The notes below the pieces were generated by a model. That model saw only the letters and a list, made by a program, of their open reading frames with translations, ran no database searches and had not been told where the DNA came from. A stretch of DNA of 30,306 bases from Bacteroidaceae bacterium (GTDB lineage Bacteria; Bacteroidota; Bacteroidia; Bacteroidales; Barnesiellaceae_A). Positions 9,617 to 18,069 of the stretch are shown piece by piece. Every line of letters begins with the position of its first letter. Position 1 is the first letter of the stretch. A program made the position numbers and the translations under genes. The stretch spans positions 1 to 30,306 of the forward strand of contig JAFZDG010000314.1 of assembly GCA_017561285.1 (NCBI GenBank), written 5' to 3'.

Positions 9617-10996
9617 TTATTCTTCAACGGGAGCAAGTTTCACAGTGAAGTGACGCATAAGCTCTGTTTCCCAAACAATCTTATAACCATGTTTGATTTG
9701 ATCGCGGCGATCGAACACATTCTTCAATGCAGCTGCGATAACATCCATGTGATTGTTAGTATATACACGACGAGCGATGCAGAGACGAAGGAGGTCGAGA
9801 CCACCAAAACGGTTCTCACGAGTTACGGGATCACGGTCAGCAAGGATGTAACCGATTTCGCAACCACGAATACCGGCCTCAAGATAAAGCTCGATAGCGA
9901 GAGTTTGTGCGGGGAACTCCTCTTTGGGAACGTTAGTAAGTACGCGGTCTGCGTCAACGAAGATAGCGTGACCACCTACGGGACGTTGATAAGGAATACC
10001 ATACTCATCGAGTTTAGCAGCAAGGTATTGTACTTGTTTGATACGAGTTTCGATGTTGTCGAGCTCAGTATTCTCATCAAGACCTACTGCAAGAGCATCC
10101 ATATCACGACCGTTAAGACCACCGTATGTCAAGAAGCCCTCGAAAGGAATACAGAAAAGTTTTGCACACTCATAGAAATCTTCGTGACGAGTAGCGATGA
10201 AACCACCCATATTTACGAGACCGTCTTTCTTAGCCGACATTGTCATAGCATCGGCATAAGTGTACATCTCTTTTACGATTTCTTTGATAGTCTTGTCGGC
10301 ATAACCGGCCTCACGAGTTTTAATGAAGTATGCGTTCTCAACGAAGCGAGCTGAGTCAAATACAATGCGTTTGTTGTATTTCTCGGCGATAGCTTTCACA
10401 GCGCGAAGGTTCTCCATAGAAACGGGTTGACCACCGGCAGTGTTGTTTGTTACTGTTACGATAATGAAAGGTACTTTGTCGCCGTTCTCAGCCAATACTT
10501 TTTCAAGTTTAGCGGGGTCAACATTACCTTTGAAGGGGTGCTCGAGTTGAGTATCTTTTGCCTCATCGATAGTGCAGTCAACAGCAAAAGCTTTACGGCT
10601 CTCGATGTGACCTTTTGTAGTATCGAAGTGAGAGTTACCGGGAACGATGTCACCAGCTTTAACGAGGTGGCTGAAGAGTACGTTCTCAGCACCACGACCT
10701 TGGTGAGTGGGTATTACATACTCAAAACCGGTAAGACGGCAGATAGTCTCTTTCAAACGGAAGAAAGAAGAAGAACCGGCATAGCTCTCATCACCCATCA
10801 TCATAGCAGCCCATTGACGGTCGCTCATAGCGCCTGTACCTGAGTCTGTAAGACAGTCGATGTAAACATAGTCAGATTTCAAACCAAACAAGTTGTAATG
10901 AGCTTCTTTGAGCCATTGTTCACGCTCTTCGCGAGTACTTTTGCGAAGGGGTTCTACCATCTTGATTTTCCAAGATTCTGCAAATGGTAATTCCAT
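9617..10996 (-). CDS. tnaA: Tryptophanase (beta-eliminating lyase)
   Basis: MELPFAESWKIKMVE start, LTDSGTGAMS, PTHQGRGAE, MSAKKD (PLP-Lys), LRLCIARRVYT and LMRHFT. It resembles the Bacteroides TnaA type; tyrosine phenol-lyase cannot be fully excluded without a search. Confidence 0.88.
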   Translation of the reverse strand: MELPFAESWKIKMVEPLRKSTREEREQWLKEAHYNLFGLKSDYVYIDCLTDSGTGAMSDRQWAAMMMGDESYAGSSSFFRLKETICRLTGFEYVIPTHQGRGAENVLFSHLVKAGDIVPGNSHFDTTKGHIESRKAFAVDCTIDEAKDTQLEHPFKGNVDPAKLEKVLAENGDKVPFIIVTVTNNTAGGQPVSMENLRAVKAIAEKYNKRIVFDSARFVENAYFIKTREAGYADKTIKEIVKEMYTYADAMTMSAKKDGLVNMGGFIATRHEDFYECAKLFCIPFEGFLTYGGLNGRDMDALAVGLDENTELDNIETRIKQVQYLAAKLDEYGIPYQRPVGGHAIFVDADRVLTNVPKEEFPAQTLAIELYLEAGIRGCEIGYILADRDPVTRENRFGGLDLLRLCIARRVYTNNHMDVIAAALKNVFDRRDQIKHGYKIVWETELMRHFTVKLAPVEE

Positions 10997-11095
10997 ATCA
11001 AAATATTTTATAAGATTAATATTATTTGCCTATGCTTCCTTTCAATATAGAACAAAAGACTTAATTATCTTTTCTTCACAGTGCTTAAAGCACTG

Positions 11096-11103
11096 CAAAG
11101 GTA
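11096..11103 (-). promoter_or_regulatory. -7 element (TACCTTTG) for tnaA
   Basis: CAAAGGTA on the + strand, about 100 nt upstream of the tnaA ATG; no TTTG at -33 spacing. Confidence 0.6.
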
Positions 11104-11353
11104 GTCATTTATTGTGAAAGAATGACCTTTTTGTGAATAAAAAATCAAACTAATTTCGTTTCTTAAACACATCGAAGATATTTGCCTCGTATATATTATC
11201 TTCTTCCCGGCTGTGACTTGCGCACCACACCTGCGCAAGAAACAGATTGTGACGAGCCTCTCCAACATATTGTCAAGGCATAGGGAAACAATGCAACGGC
11301 AAGAAATATTGTTTTTGCCATATTGTGATTGCAGCTTATTGTGTTTACAATAT

Positions 11354-11396
11354 AAAAAAGGGAGTCACTTCAATTTTTTATGCAAAATGACTCCCT
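11354..11396 (-). terminator. Intrinsic terminator of the secreted FN3/adhesin gene
   Basis: Minus strand reads AGGGAGTCA...TGACTCCCT followed by TTTTT, about 25 nt after the stop at 11420. Confidence 0.8.
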
Positions 11397-11419
11397 CATC
11401 CAATCAAATACCCATATGA

Positions 11420-13750
11420 TTAGTTTATCACAACCCTTTCACCAACTATACTATCGGAACATTGTACTTTTATGATATAGAGTCCTTTGTGTAAATGCTC
11501 AAGACATATGATTTGTCGATACTGATTATTGCCGTCATACTCTCCTACAAGCATACCATTGGTGTTATATATTTGCACCTTTTCTATGGCAGATGATGAT
11601 GATAGTACCAATTGACAACCATCGGTCATAAATATTTCGGTAGTGTCATCGTTGGTTTTATTTACTCCATGATTGTCGGTAACATATACTTTCAAATTAT
11701 CTATAATCACATAACCATCGCCACATCCATCATAGACGAATCGGAACATTGGGGTAGATTCTTGTGTAACAGAAGTTATATCAATTTCATATTTATAGTC
11801 TACGATGTCGGTCGGATAAATATCAGCATACCATTCCCACGAATCACCACCATCGTTAGATACTTCCAGACATAAGTATGATGATTCCCATGCCGAATAG
11901 TAGTCCATTGTACATGAAAGTTTCACACTTTCACCTTCGGGGATATTGGAGTTGTCGAAAATGGGTGTTGTAATAGCACTTATAATATTGAAGAATTCAT
12001 TTGCTTCACTTGTAATAGAGGCAAAGTTTCCCTCAACATTAGAGCATTGTGTTGCTATCTCAAACCAGTTATCAAGTCGCCAATTGTACATTGCGTCTAT
12101 TTCATTGAGTTTTTCTATCTTCCAATTGTCGGGAGTAAGGTCTCCATCAAAGCATTGACTATAAGGAAGTTCTATTATAGCCATTTCGTCGGCCGAAATA
12201 TCTTTTTGAACGGGAAGAGAGAGTACTCCATCGGTATATAAAGCTTTGACAGAATAGGTGTAATAACCACTATATATTTCATTATCGGTGCATATAAGCT
12301 CCTCGCCCGCCGGTATATTTGCTATCTCGTTATTACCACGATATACTTTGTACGACTCTATCGAATACTCAGAACTTTTGGCTTCTTGCCAAGAGAGTGT
12401 AACAATGCCGTTATCAATGAATGCTTCGAGGTCTCGTGCCGGGTATCGAGTATTCATAGCAACCTGATCACCCACACGTTCCGACTCGCCATAAGGGTAC
12501 TCATAAACAGCAGCAACTTCGTAGGTATATACACCTTTAGCAACCCACGAATTACTCATTTCTCCAAGAGGTATTTCAACACCGGCAAGTACACCATTTA
12601 CATATACCGAGTAATATGCCGGCTGACGTTCTCCCTCCGGAGCATCCCATGTAATTGTCACATCACCCCAACCCTCTTCTGCATAGTATTCACTTACCAC
12701 TTGTACATTGGTTGGTGCATTAAAAGTACTCTCAGCGATGGTTACTTGCAACGAGGTCGCTTCTGAGCATCCCTGTTCATTTACAGCTTTCACCTCATAA
12801 GTATATGTGCCGGCCTCTTTTTCGGTTGTATCAATATAGGTAAGTGAGTATAGATGGTCGGCAATGAGTTCTCCATCGAGAAAGACTTGGTAATATGACA
12901 AGGGGGTATTCTCTTCTTCTACGGCATTGCGGCGATTAATTTTTGTTGAGTTATTGCCATCGAATGCTCGGTATGATTGCATAGCATTGCTGATGCTACG
13001 GTTGTTGTCTCTTTTCGAGCTGTATAGTGCATCGTTTGATGCTCCATCGGATGAAATTGTAATATCATCGATTGTCCATGAAAAGTATAACATAGACCAC
13101 TCACTCTCCATATCACTTTGAGCATGAAAAGCTATGCGGGTATTGGGCGTAGGCACTCCTAAGTATAGCGATACTTGCTGCCAATCGTCCAATCCGTTAT
13201 GATGATTGCGAGCATCCCATATGGTTTCCCATGTCTCTCCTCCATCACGACTCAATTCCACACAATATTTATCAACAAAATCGGGGTATTGTGCATACTC
13301 AAGCAACATAGGGTTGATATAATACCAAAAGTCGAGATAGACCGCATTATCGTATGAAGGCGTGATAAGCCATTCATCTTGGTTGTAGGCAATACCATCA
13401 TGATACCCCATATCCATATATACCATTGCACTACCCTCGCCATTTTTAATGTAGTATTCCCAGTTTTCCAATTCTTTAAAGTCTTCACCGGGGTAGCGAA
13501 ACCAAGAGCAACGATAGTCGGTGGTATTAAGTTTCTTTGTTTCCCAACCTTCCGATGGGAAAATATCTCCTTCAAAACCCTCGTGTGTTATTAAGGCCTC
13601 TCCACCGCCTCTTTGCCACGATAGCGATACTTTACAACCCTCAATATCTGCTTGCAGATTGGTTGGTGCTGCCGGAGTTTGTGCCTTCAACAATAAAACA
13701 GTTCCCATTGTCATCAACAATGCAAGAACAACTCTTTTTCTGTGTCCCAT
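11420..13750 (-). CDS. Secreted T9SS-type protein with FN3-like modules and two cleaved-adhesin/choice-of-anchor-J-like jelly-roll domains
   Basis: Signal peptide ending LLLKA|Q24. APTNL/APTNV/PARDL strands pair with Y.VY..G...YTYEV.A segments. Domains begin EGFEGDIFPSEGW...DEWLITP...ELSRDGGETW...WTIDDITI and QCFDGDLTPDNW...LEVSNDGGDSW...VIIDNLKV. CTD-like end: VQIYNTNGMLV...KGLYIIKV...ERVVIN. Confidence 0.8.
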   Translation of the reverse strand: MGHRKRVVLALLMTMGTVLLLKAQTPAAPTNLQADIEGCKVSLSWQRGGGEALITHEGFEGDIFPSEGWETKKLNTTDYRCSWFRYPGEDFKELENWEYYIKNGEGSAMVYMDMGYHDGIAYNQDEWLITPSYDNAVYLDFWYYINPMLLEYAQYPDFVDKYCVELSRDGGETWETIWDARNHHNGLDDWQQVSLYLGVPTPNTRIAFHAQSDMESEWSMLYFSWTIDDITISSDGASNDALYSSKRDNNRSISNAMQSYRAFDGNNSTKINRRNAVEEENTPLSYYQVFLDGELIADHLYSLTYIDTTEKEAGTYTYEVKAVNEQGCSEATSLQVTIAESTFNAPTNVQVVSEYYAEEGWGDVTITWDAPEGERQPAYYSVYVNGVLAGVEIPLGEMSNSWVAKGVYTYEVAAVYEYPYGESERVGDQVAMNTRYPARDLEAFIDNGIVTLSWQEAKSSEYSIESYKVYRGNNEIANIPAGEELICTDNEIYSGYYTYSVKALYTDGVLSLPVQKDISADEMAIIELPYSQCFDGDLTPDNWKIEKLNEIDAMYNWRLDNWFEIATQCSNVEGNFASITSEANEFFNIISAITTPIFDNSNIPEGESVKLSCTMDYYSAWESSYLCLEVSNDGGDSWEWYADIYPTDIVDYKYEIDITSVTQESTPMFRFVYDGCGDGYVIIDNLKVYVTDNHGVNKTNDDTTEIFMTDGCQLVLSSSSAIEKVQIYNTNGMLVGEYDGNNQYRQIICLEHLHKGLYIIKVQCSDSIVGERVVIN

Positions 13751-13822
13751 AATAGTAGATTTAAAATAGGTTTATAAAAAATGTCGTTACTATTTACTTA
13801 TACCATCGAATGATGATAGCGA

Positions 13823-13854
13823 CAAATTTATGGAACACAGAAACTTATTACAAA
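13823..13854 (-). promoter_or_regulatory. Sigma-A promoter for the 13750 gene (-7 TAAATTTG, -33 TTTG)
   Basis: CAAATTTA at 13823-13830 and CAAA at 13851-13854; the 20-nt spacing is canonical. Confidence 0.7.
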
Positions 13855-13927
13855 TTTTTACAAAAAACACAATTTCTATTTCTCGAAATAGAAAGAAAAA
13901 CTAAGATAAAATGCTTATTGAATGTGG

Positions 13928-15613
13928 TCAGACTCTTTCTTTTGATATCTTTTGATACATCGAGGGTTTTATACCGGTGTATTGCGTAAAGACTCGAATG
14001 AAGTTGGCCTGCGATTTGTAACCGACACTTTCACTTATGGCCTTAATCGTATATAGACCGTAATTTTCGTTATCCGATATACGCTTCATAGCAACTTTCA
14101 CTCTACACTCGTTGAGCAGTGATCGAAAATTCATACCATACTCGTCATTTATTATTTGCGACACGTATCGGGTATTGCTACCAATGAGAGTAGCAAGTCG
14201 AGCTATGTTGAACTCACTATTACATATCTCTTCCTCATTTTCCATAACCTCGTTGATACCTTGAGATATTTGCACACGCAGTTCTTTGGAAATATTCAGG
14301 TTCGATTTGATACTCTTCGTTTCATCATCCACATCATCATCAACTGCAGTCTGTGCCGGAGTCTCTTTACTTTGCGATTCATACATTTCGCGCAGTTGTT
14401 GCATACGGTTTTTATAGTATTCTTCGCGTTTGAGAGCCTCTTGATTGCGATTGTATAATTCATTATACGCCGATACAAGATGACGCTTTTGCTTCCATAT
14501 ATACGCCAAGAGTATGCAACCCAATAACAAGCCGATGGATATGGTTAATATAAGCAGGCGCTGTTGAGATATTTTTTGTTCATCTTGATGTCTTTGTGCT
14601 GTGAGTTGAGATATTATCTCATTATTACTATCGAGTTCGTACAAAAATTGGGCATTCTTGAGGCTGTTAAATTCACGCTGATTAAATATAGAATCATTTA
14701 GTTCTATATACAGAGTTTTGTAGTATTGATGATTGCGATTATCTTTCTTGCGCTCGTATATACCGGCCAAATTTCCCAATGAAACCGCCAACAAGTCTAT
14801 TGTTCCGGTGGCACGAGCCAAGTTTTCGTTGAGATGAAAATATTTTAATGCAGAGTCGAGTTCATGGGTGTGAACATATATCTTAGCCAATCCATTATAA
14901 GCCGCACCTAAGCATTGTGTGCCAAGCTTTTCGGTCCGGGCTACTTGTACTGCTTGTTGATAGTATGGTATAGCTTCTCGCAATTTTCTCTCGCAAGACA
15001 ATAATATTGCATTACTTACGAGTAGGTCGTAATGATATCTTGCCCGGGTATCACTATCGTTCTCTTTCAGTATCTCATAGTAATTGCGAGCTTCGTCTGT
15101 TTTCTCACAGTAACACAACGAGCAAATAAGATTGTTAAGGGCATGGTTATAGAGGGCAATATCATGGCAAAGTTGCGCAGCATCAACCGATTTTTTATAA
15201 AACGAAACACTCTGCTCGTAGTCGCTATGTACACTGTATATATTGCCTATATAAATGTATATTTGCGATAGTATGTCATAAAGATTGTTGTTTTGAGATA
15301 TTTTCAATCCTCTGAGCCATATATCCATCGCCTCTGAATAGTTGTTCTTCTTATAATATAGGATTCCGGTTTTTAACATAGCATCGGCACACTTGCTTTT
15401 GTGCGCTGTTGTCATCGAATCGTTGTAGCGGTTGTAAAGAACACTATAATAAAATATAGCGCTATCAGACTTGGCTATATAATGTTTCTGACCATACTCA
15501 TACAAAGAGTCATTGGACAATGTTGCCATATACGAGATATCAACATTTGGCCATCCAATAAAGCATATGGTAGATATAGCTATAAAGAACAATGTACCTA
15601 TAATACGTTTCAT
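13928..15613 (-). CDS. Membrane-anchored TPR-repeat sensor with C-terminal AraC-family HTH regulator
   Basis: N-terminal signal/TM, TPR-like helices (IYIYIGNIYSVHSDYEQSVSFYKK, AYNGLAKIY), a single TM (LLILTISIGLLLGCILLAYIW), then AraC HTH (LATLIGSNTRYVSQIIN...NFRSLLNECRV...IKAISESVGYKSQANFIRVFTQYTGIKPS). Confidence 0.9.
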   Translation of the reverse strand: MKRIIGTLFFIAISTICFIGWPNVDISYMATLSNDSLYEYGQKHYIAKSDSAIFYYSVLYNRYNDSMTTAHKSKCADAMLKTGILYYKKNNYSEAMDIWLRGLKISQNNNLYDILSQIYIYIGNIYSVHSDYEQSVSFYKKSVDAAQLCHDIALYNHALNNLICSLCYCEKTDEARNYYEILKENDSDTRARYHYDLLVSNAILLSCERKLREAIPYYQQAVQVARTEKLGTQCLGAAYNGLAKIYVHTHELDSALKYFHLNENLARATGTIDLLAVSLGNLAGIYERKKDNRNHQYYKTLYIELNDSIFNQREFNSLKNAQFLYELDSNNEIISQLTAQRHQDEQKISQQRLLILTISIGLLLGCILLAYIWKQKRHLVSAYNELYNRNQEALKREEYYKNRMQQLREMYESQSKETPAQTAVDDDVDDETKSIKSNLNISKELRVQISQGINEVMENEEEICNSEFNIARLATLIGSNTRYVSQIINDEYGMNFRSLLNECRVKVAMKRISDNENYGLYTIKAISESVGYKSQANFIRVFTQYTGIKPSMYQKISKERV

Positions 15614-15639
15614 TACATCAATCGTTAATGACGACTATG

Positions 15640-15671
15640 CAAAGGTAATGAAAGGTGTGTGAAGAAACAAA
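15640..15671 (-). promoter_or_regulatory. Sigma-A promoter for the TPR-AraC gene (-7 TACCTTTG, -33 TTTG)
   Basis: CAAAGGTA at 15640-15647 and CAAA at 15668-15671; 20-nt spacing. Confidence 0.7.
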
Positions 15672-15842
15672 CAGCACATATAAAAAAGAAAAACAGCACC
15701 GTTTCATATGTCTATTATTCTATAACGCAATACACCCGCAATATTTTACATTTCATCCTACAAGGCGCAAAAATATTTAAAAATATCACAATATAGACCA
15801 AAATGTAAACAACGGTATTTAGGACACACCGCATAATTTGCA

Positions 15843-15850
15843 TAGTTTTG
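15843..15850 (+). promoter_or_regulatory. -7 element (TAGTTTTG) for the lipoprotein gene
   Basis: TAnnTTTG match 90 nt upstream of ATG 15941; no canonical -33 box seen. Confidence 0.55.
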
Positions 15851-15940
15851 CAATAGGCAACATATGCCAACAGATACAGACATAATAAAAATATAGAGTT
15901 AACCTAATTACTAATAAAAAAACTAATAAAAAAACGCATT

Positions 15941-17872
15941 ATGAAAAGAATCAAATCTTTGATGACCTATGCCATCATCTTAATGGTTGCTATTTTTACA
16001 GGTTGTATTGAAAAAGAACCGATTCCCAACCCTTCGGTATCAATCACAAAAATAGATGCTGATGCCACATCTATAACGGTGAAAGTGCAACCAACCAACG
16101 CTACCGAGTGCTATGTTTCGTATATCATCAAGGGCGAGAACGAGCTCGATGCGGCAAGTGTTATAGCCAACGGCTCGAAGATATCGGCTGTAGAGGCTAC
16201 AGAGTACAAAATCGATAGCCTGACAGCACAAACTACCTATGTTGTCTATGCCGCTGTTCGCGTTGAAAACAAAACAGCTGTTTCATCTCTCGAAGTCACA
16301 ACTGCTGAGAATGCCGATACCCCCGATAAGGTAGAGTTTGAAGTTTCGTTTGTTGTTGATCCTTCGGCTGTAAATATCACTGTTAAGCCACAAGACACAA
16401 CGAAGCCCTACTTCTATTACATTATGGAAAAGAAAGTCTATGACGAAACATACGAAGGTAATGCGGCTCTCGCAGCGCAAAGCGACATCAATATTATTAT
16501 CAACGAGTACCTTGAATTTGCAGGCGGAACACCCGCCGAAGCACTTTCTCTGATGCTTCTTACCGGTGAGAGTACATCATCTTTCCCGGTATATGGCAAT
16601 CGTCAGTATATATGCTACGTATGCTATACCGATCCCCAAGATGGTAAAGTAATCGGTGATGTTGAGGTATATGAATTTGCAGGTCCCGAAGTTGCACCAT
16701 CAAGCAATACCTTTACAATAGAAGTGTTGAGCACCACATTCCGTTCTATCGAGTATGCCATTACACCTTCTAACGACGACACATACTCATACTCTCTCAT
16801 CACCAAAGAGCAGTTCGACCAACAACCTGTCGAAAAATATATTGCCAATATGATGGCTGTTAATGGTATGTTTATGCCTTATACCAATGGCTATTTCAGC
16901 CGTCTTGAAGAGTATCTTTTGTCTGATACCGAATATGTATTGATTGTATTTGGTTATAGTGCCGGTGTATGCACTACCGAACCCACTGTACAAATAATCA
17001 AAACCAATCCTCAAGGTGACGCCTCGCAATGCAGCTTTGAAATCAATGCCCAAGCTCTCAACCGTTATACCTTGAGCTACGAAGTAATTCCCTCTGACGA
17101 GAATGTTATTTATTACTACGATGTATGTCTTGGTGACGAAACAGCCGATGGTATTAAGAATATGCTTGACGCAGCTATCGATGAGCAAATATCAATGGGA
17201 TGGCTCTCAAATCGTGCCGAATACTTCTCTATTTGGGCTACTTATGGCACAGCAAACGACCAGACTCTTATGAGACCTTACGATGGAGGTTACAAGGCTT
17301 ATGCTGTAGCTATTGACTCTAAGACCGGCGAATATGCCGGCGAATTCTACTTCAGCGATGTATGTTATATGCCTGAGTTTACTGCTTCAAATATTACTGT
17401 AAATTGTAATATCGATAAATATTTTGATGGTAACGACTTGGCTCAAATACTGCCTATGTTCTATGCCGGATGGGGCGAAGAGCTTACTTTCTTCACACCC
17501 GAATTTACATTTGAAAATGGTGAGCCTGTGAGCTACTACTATCAAATATACCAATACGATCCTGCATACGAAGATCTTGTTACCTATAACGAGGACTGGG
17601 CAATACCCGCATTGTTAGAAGGCGGTTATAATTATCCCGGTATGGAGTTGAGTATGCCTTGGGGCGCTACCGGATATATTATGTGCGTAGCATTGGATAG
17701 CGAAGGCAACTTCAGCAACGTATATCGTCAGAAAGTTGAATTTGATCGCGAAAATGCAGCTCCCGCCGAGGAACACCCCTACTATTCACCCGAAGCTCAA
17801 CAAGCAAAACAAATGAATGTAGCAGGTAAAGACAAAAATCAACGTACCAAAATCTCTACCATTCGCAGATAA
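15941..17872 (+). CDS. Lipoprotein with about five tandem FN3/Ig-like beta-sandwich repeats, function unknown
   Basis: Lipobox AIFTG|C22. Recurring motif (I/V).V.P....Y.Y (ITVKVQPTNATECYVSY, ITVKPQDTTKPYFYY, YAITPSNDDTYSY, YEVIPSDENVIYYY), each followed by a Y..(Y/I).A/G strand. Confidence 0.75.
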   Translation: MKRIKSLMTYAIILMVAIFTGCIEKEPIPNPSVSITKIDADATSITVKVQPTNATECYVSYIIKGENELDAASVIANGSKISAVEATEYKIDSLTAQTTYVVYAAVRVENKTAVSSLEVTTAENADTPDKVEFEVSFVVDPSAVNITVKPQDTTKPYFYYIMEKKVYDETYEGNAALAAQSDINIIINEYLEFAGGTPAEALSLMLLTGESTSSFPVYGNRQYICYVCYTDPQDGKVIGDVEVYEFAGPEVAPSSNTFTIEVLSTTFRSIEYAITPSNDDTYSYSLITKEQFDQQPVEKYIANMMAVNGMFMPYTNGYFSRLEEYLLSDTEYVLIVFGYSAGVCTTEPTVQIIKTNPQGDASQCSFEINAQALNRYTLSYEVIPSDENVIYYYDVCLGDETADGIKNMLDAAIDEQISMGWLSNRAEYFSIWATYGTANDQTLMRPYDGGYKAYAVAIDSKTGEYAGEFYFSDVCYMPEFTASNITVNCNIDKYFDGNDLAQILPMFYAGWGEELTFFTPEFTFENGEPVSYYYQIYQYDPAYEDLVTYNEDWAIPALLEGGYNYPGMELSMPWGATGYIMCVALDSEGNFSNVYRQKVEFDRENAAPAEEHPYYSPEAQQAKQMNVAGKDKNQRTKISTIRR

Positions 17873-17895
17873 ACGACACTGATATTTGCATCACA

Positions 17896-17934
17896 AACAG
17901 CCCCGTTGCACAAATGTTGCTCAACGGGGCTGTT
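17896..17934 (+). terminator. Intrinsic terminator after the lipoprotein gene
   Basis: Perfect 13-bp stem AACAGCCCCGTTG / CAACGGGGCTGTT; the U tail is short. Confidence 0.75.
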
Positions 17935-18069
17935 ATACTATGAATAAGGCAATTATACATTATTAATATGGGTATGGCAAATAAAAGAAGTTCCGTCTCA
18001 ACTAATTCAATGCAAAAGATAGCTATTTTTGTAAAATGAATTGATAACCATACAAGAAAGCCCAAAGAA

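Noticed and set aside
10997-11419. TnaC-like leader peptide or small ORFs (11065-11268, 11213-11419)
   Set aside because: There is no ATG between the predicted promoter and tnaA. The minus-strand ORF has no Trp, neither ORF has coding-like composition, and they overlap promoter or terminator signals.
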